Source of the DNA: Mobula hypostoma
Taxonomy: Eukaryota
DNA length: 64,000 nt
Reading direction: 5' to 3'
Assembly (NCBI RefSeq): GCF_963921235.1
Contig: NC_086097.1
Span: 117,058,001-117,122,000 of the forward strand
A program made the translations under genes and the position numbers. The notes beneath the pieces are model-generated. The model did no database searches and was not told the origin of the DNA. It worked only from the letters and a program-made list of their open reading frames with translations. Positions 63,746-64,000 of the stretch are shown piece by piece (position 1 is the first letter of the stretch; every line of letters starts with the position of its first letter).

Positions 63746-64000
63746 CAGCCATCTGTTCTCTCTCTACCATGCACTGTGTGTTGCGATTTTATTATGTTTA
63801 TCATAGTAACTAGTCACATGAGTGGGGGCGTGTTCAACGAAAAGTGAATAAGTCACATGTTCATGCTTATTAATCACAATTTGTAGCTTGGGACTGGCAG
63901 ATATTGTATCTTTTGCTGGCCATTCAATAATGTTCAATTGCACTTAGCTTACTCTTGGGTAAACTTCAGCTTCATTGCTTCAAGCTTGTATGTTTGCTAA

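Overview
This is eukaryotic, repeat-saturated DNA with no recognisable host protein-coding exon. The mix of CR1 LINEs, V-SINE/HE1-like SINEs, Rex/Babar LINEs and Penelope tails suggests a cartilaginous fish (inference). Main structures: (1) A very old, decayed endogenous retrovirus on the + strand, ~51.9-60.0 kb, with paired LTR remnants, a tRNA-Ser-like PBS, gag, pro, RT, IN, a gamma-type env TM and a PPT. Its RT motifs look class III-like, and the ORF track mostly misses it. (2) A nested complex at 32.7-45.8 kb: a Gypsy element contains an antisense Gmr1-like Gypsy (integrase before RT), which itself contains a solo LTR and a young CR1 with an open RT frame. (3) A near-full-length CR1 at 19.7-24.0 kb, inserted in a Rex/Babar fragment and carrying a solo LTR. 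(4) Many small elements: Penelope tails with hammerhead-ribozyme motifs, an RTE-type short element with a candidate HDV-like ribozyme at its exact 5' end, Tc1 and hAT MITEs, a Dong/R4 fragment, a truncated U6 retrocopy and a 34-bp minisatellite. All calls come from manual reading; boundaries of old fragments are approximate.
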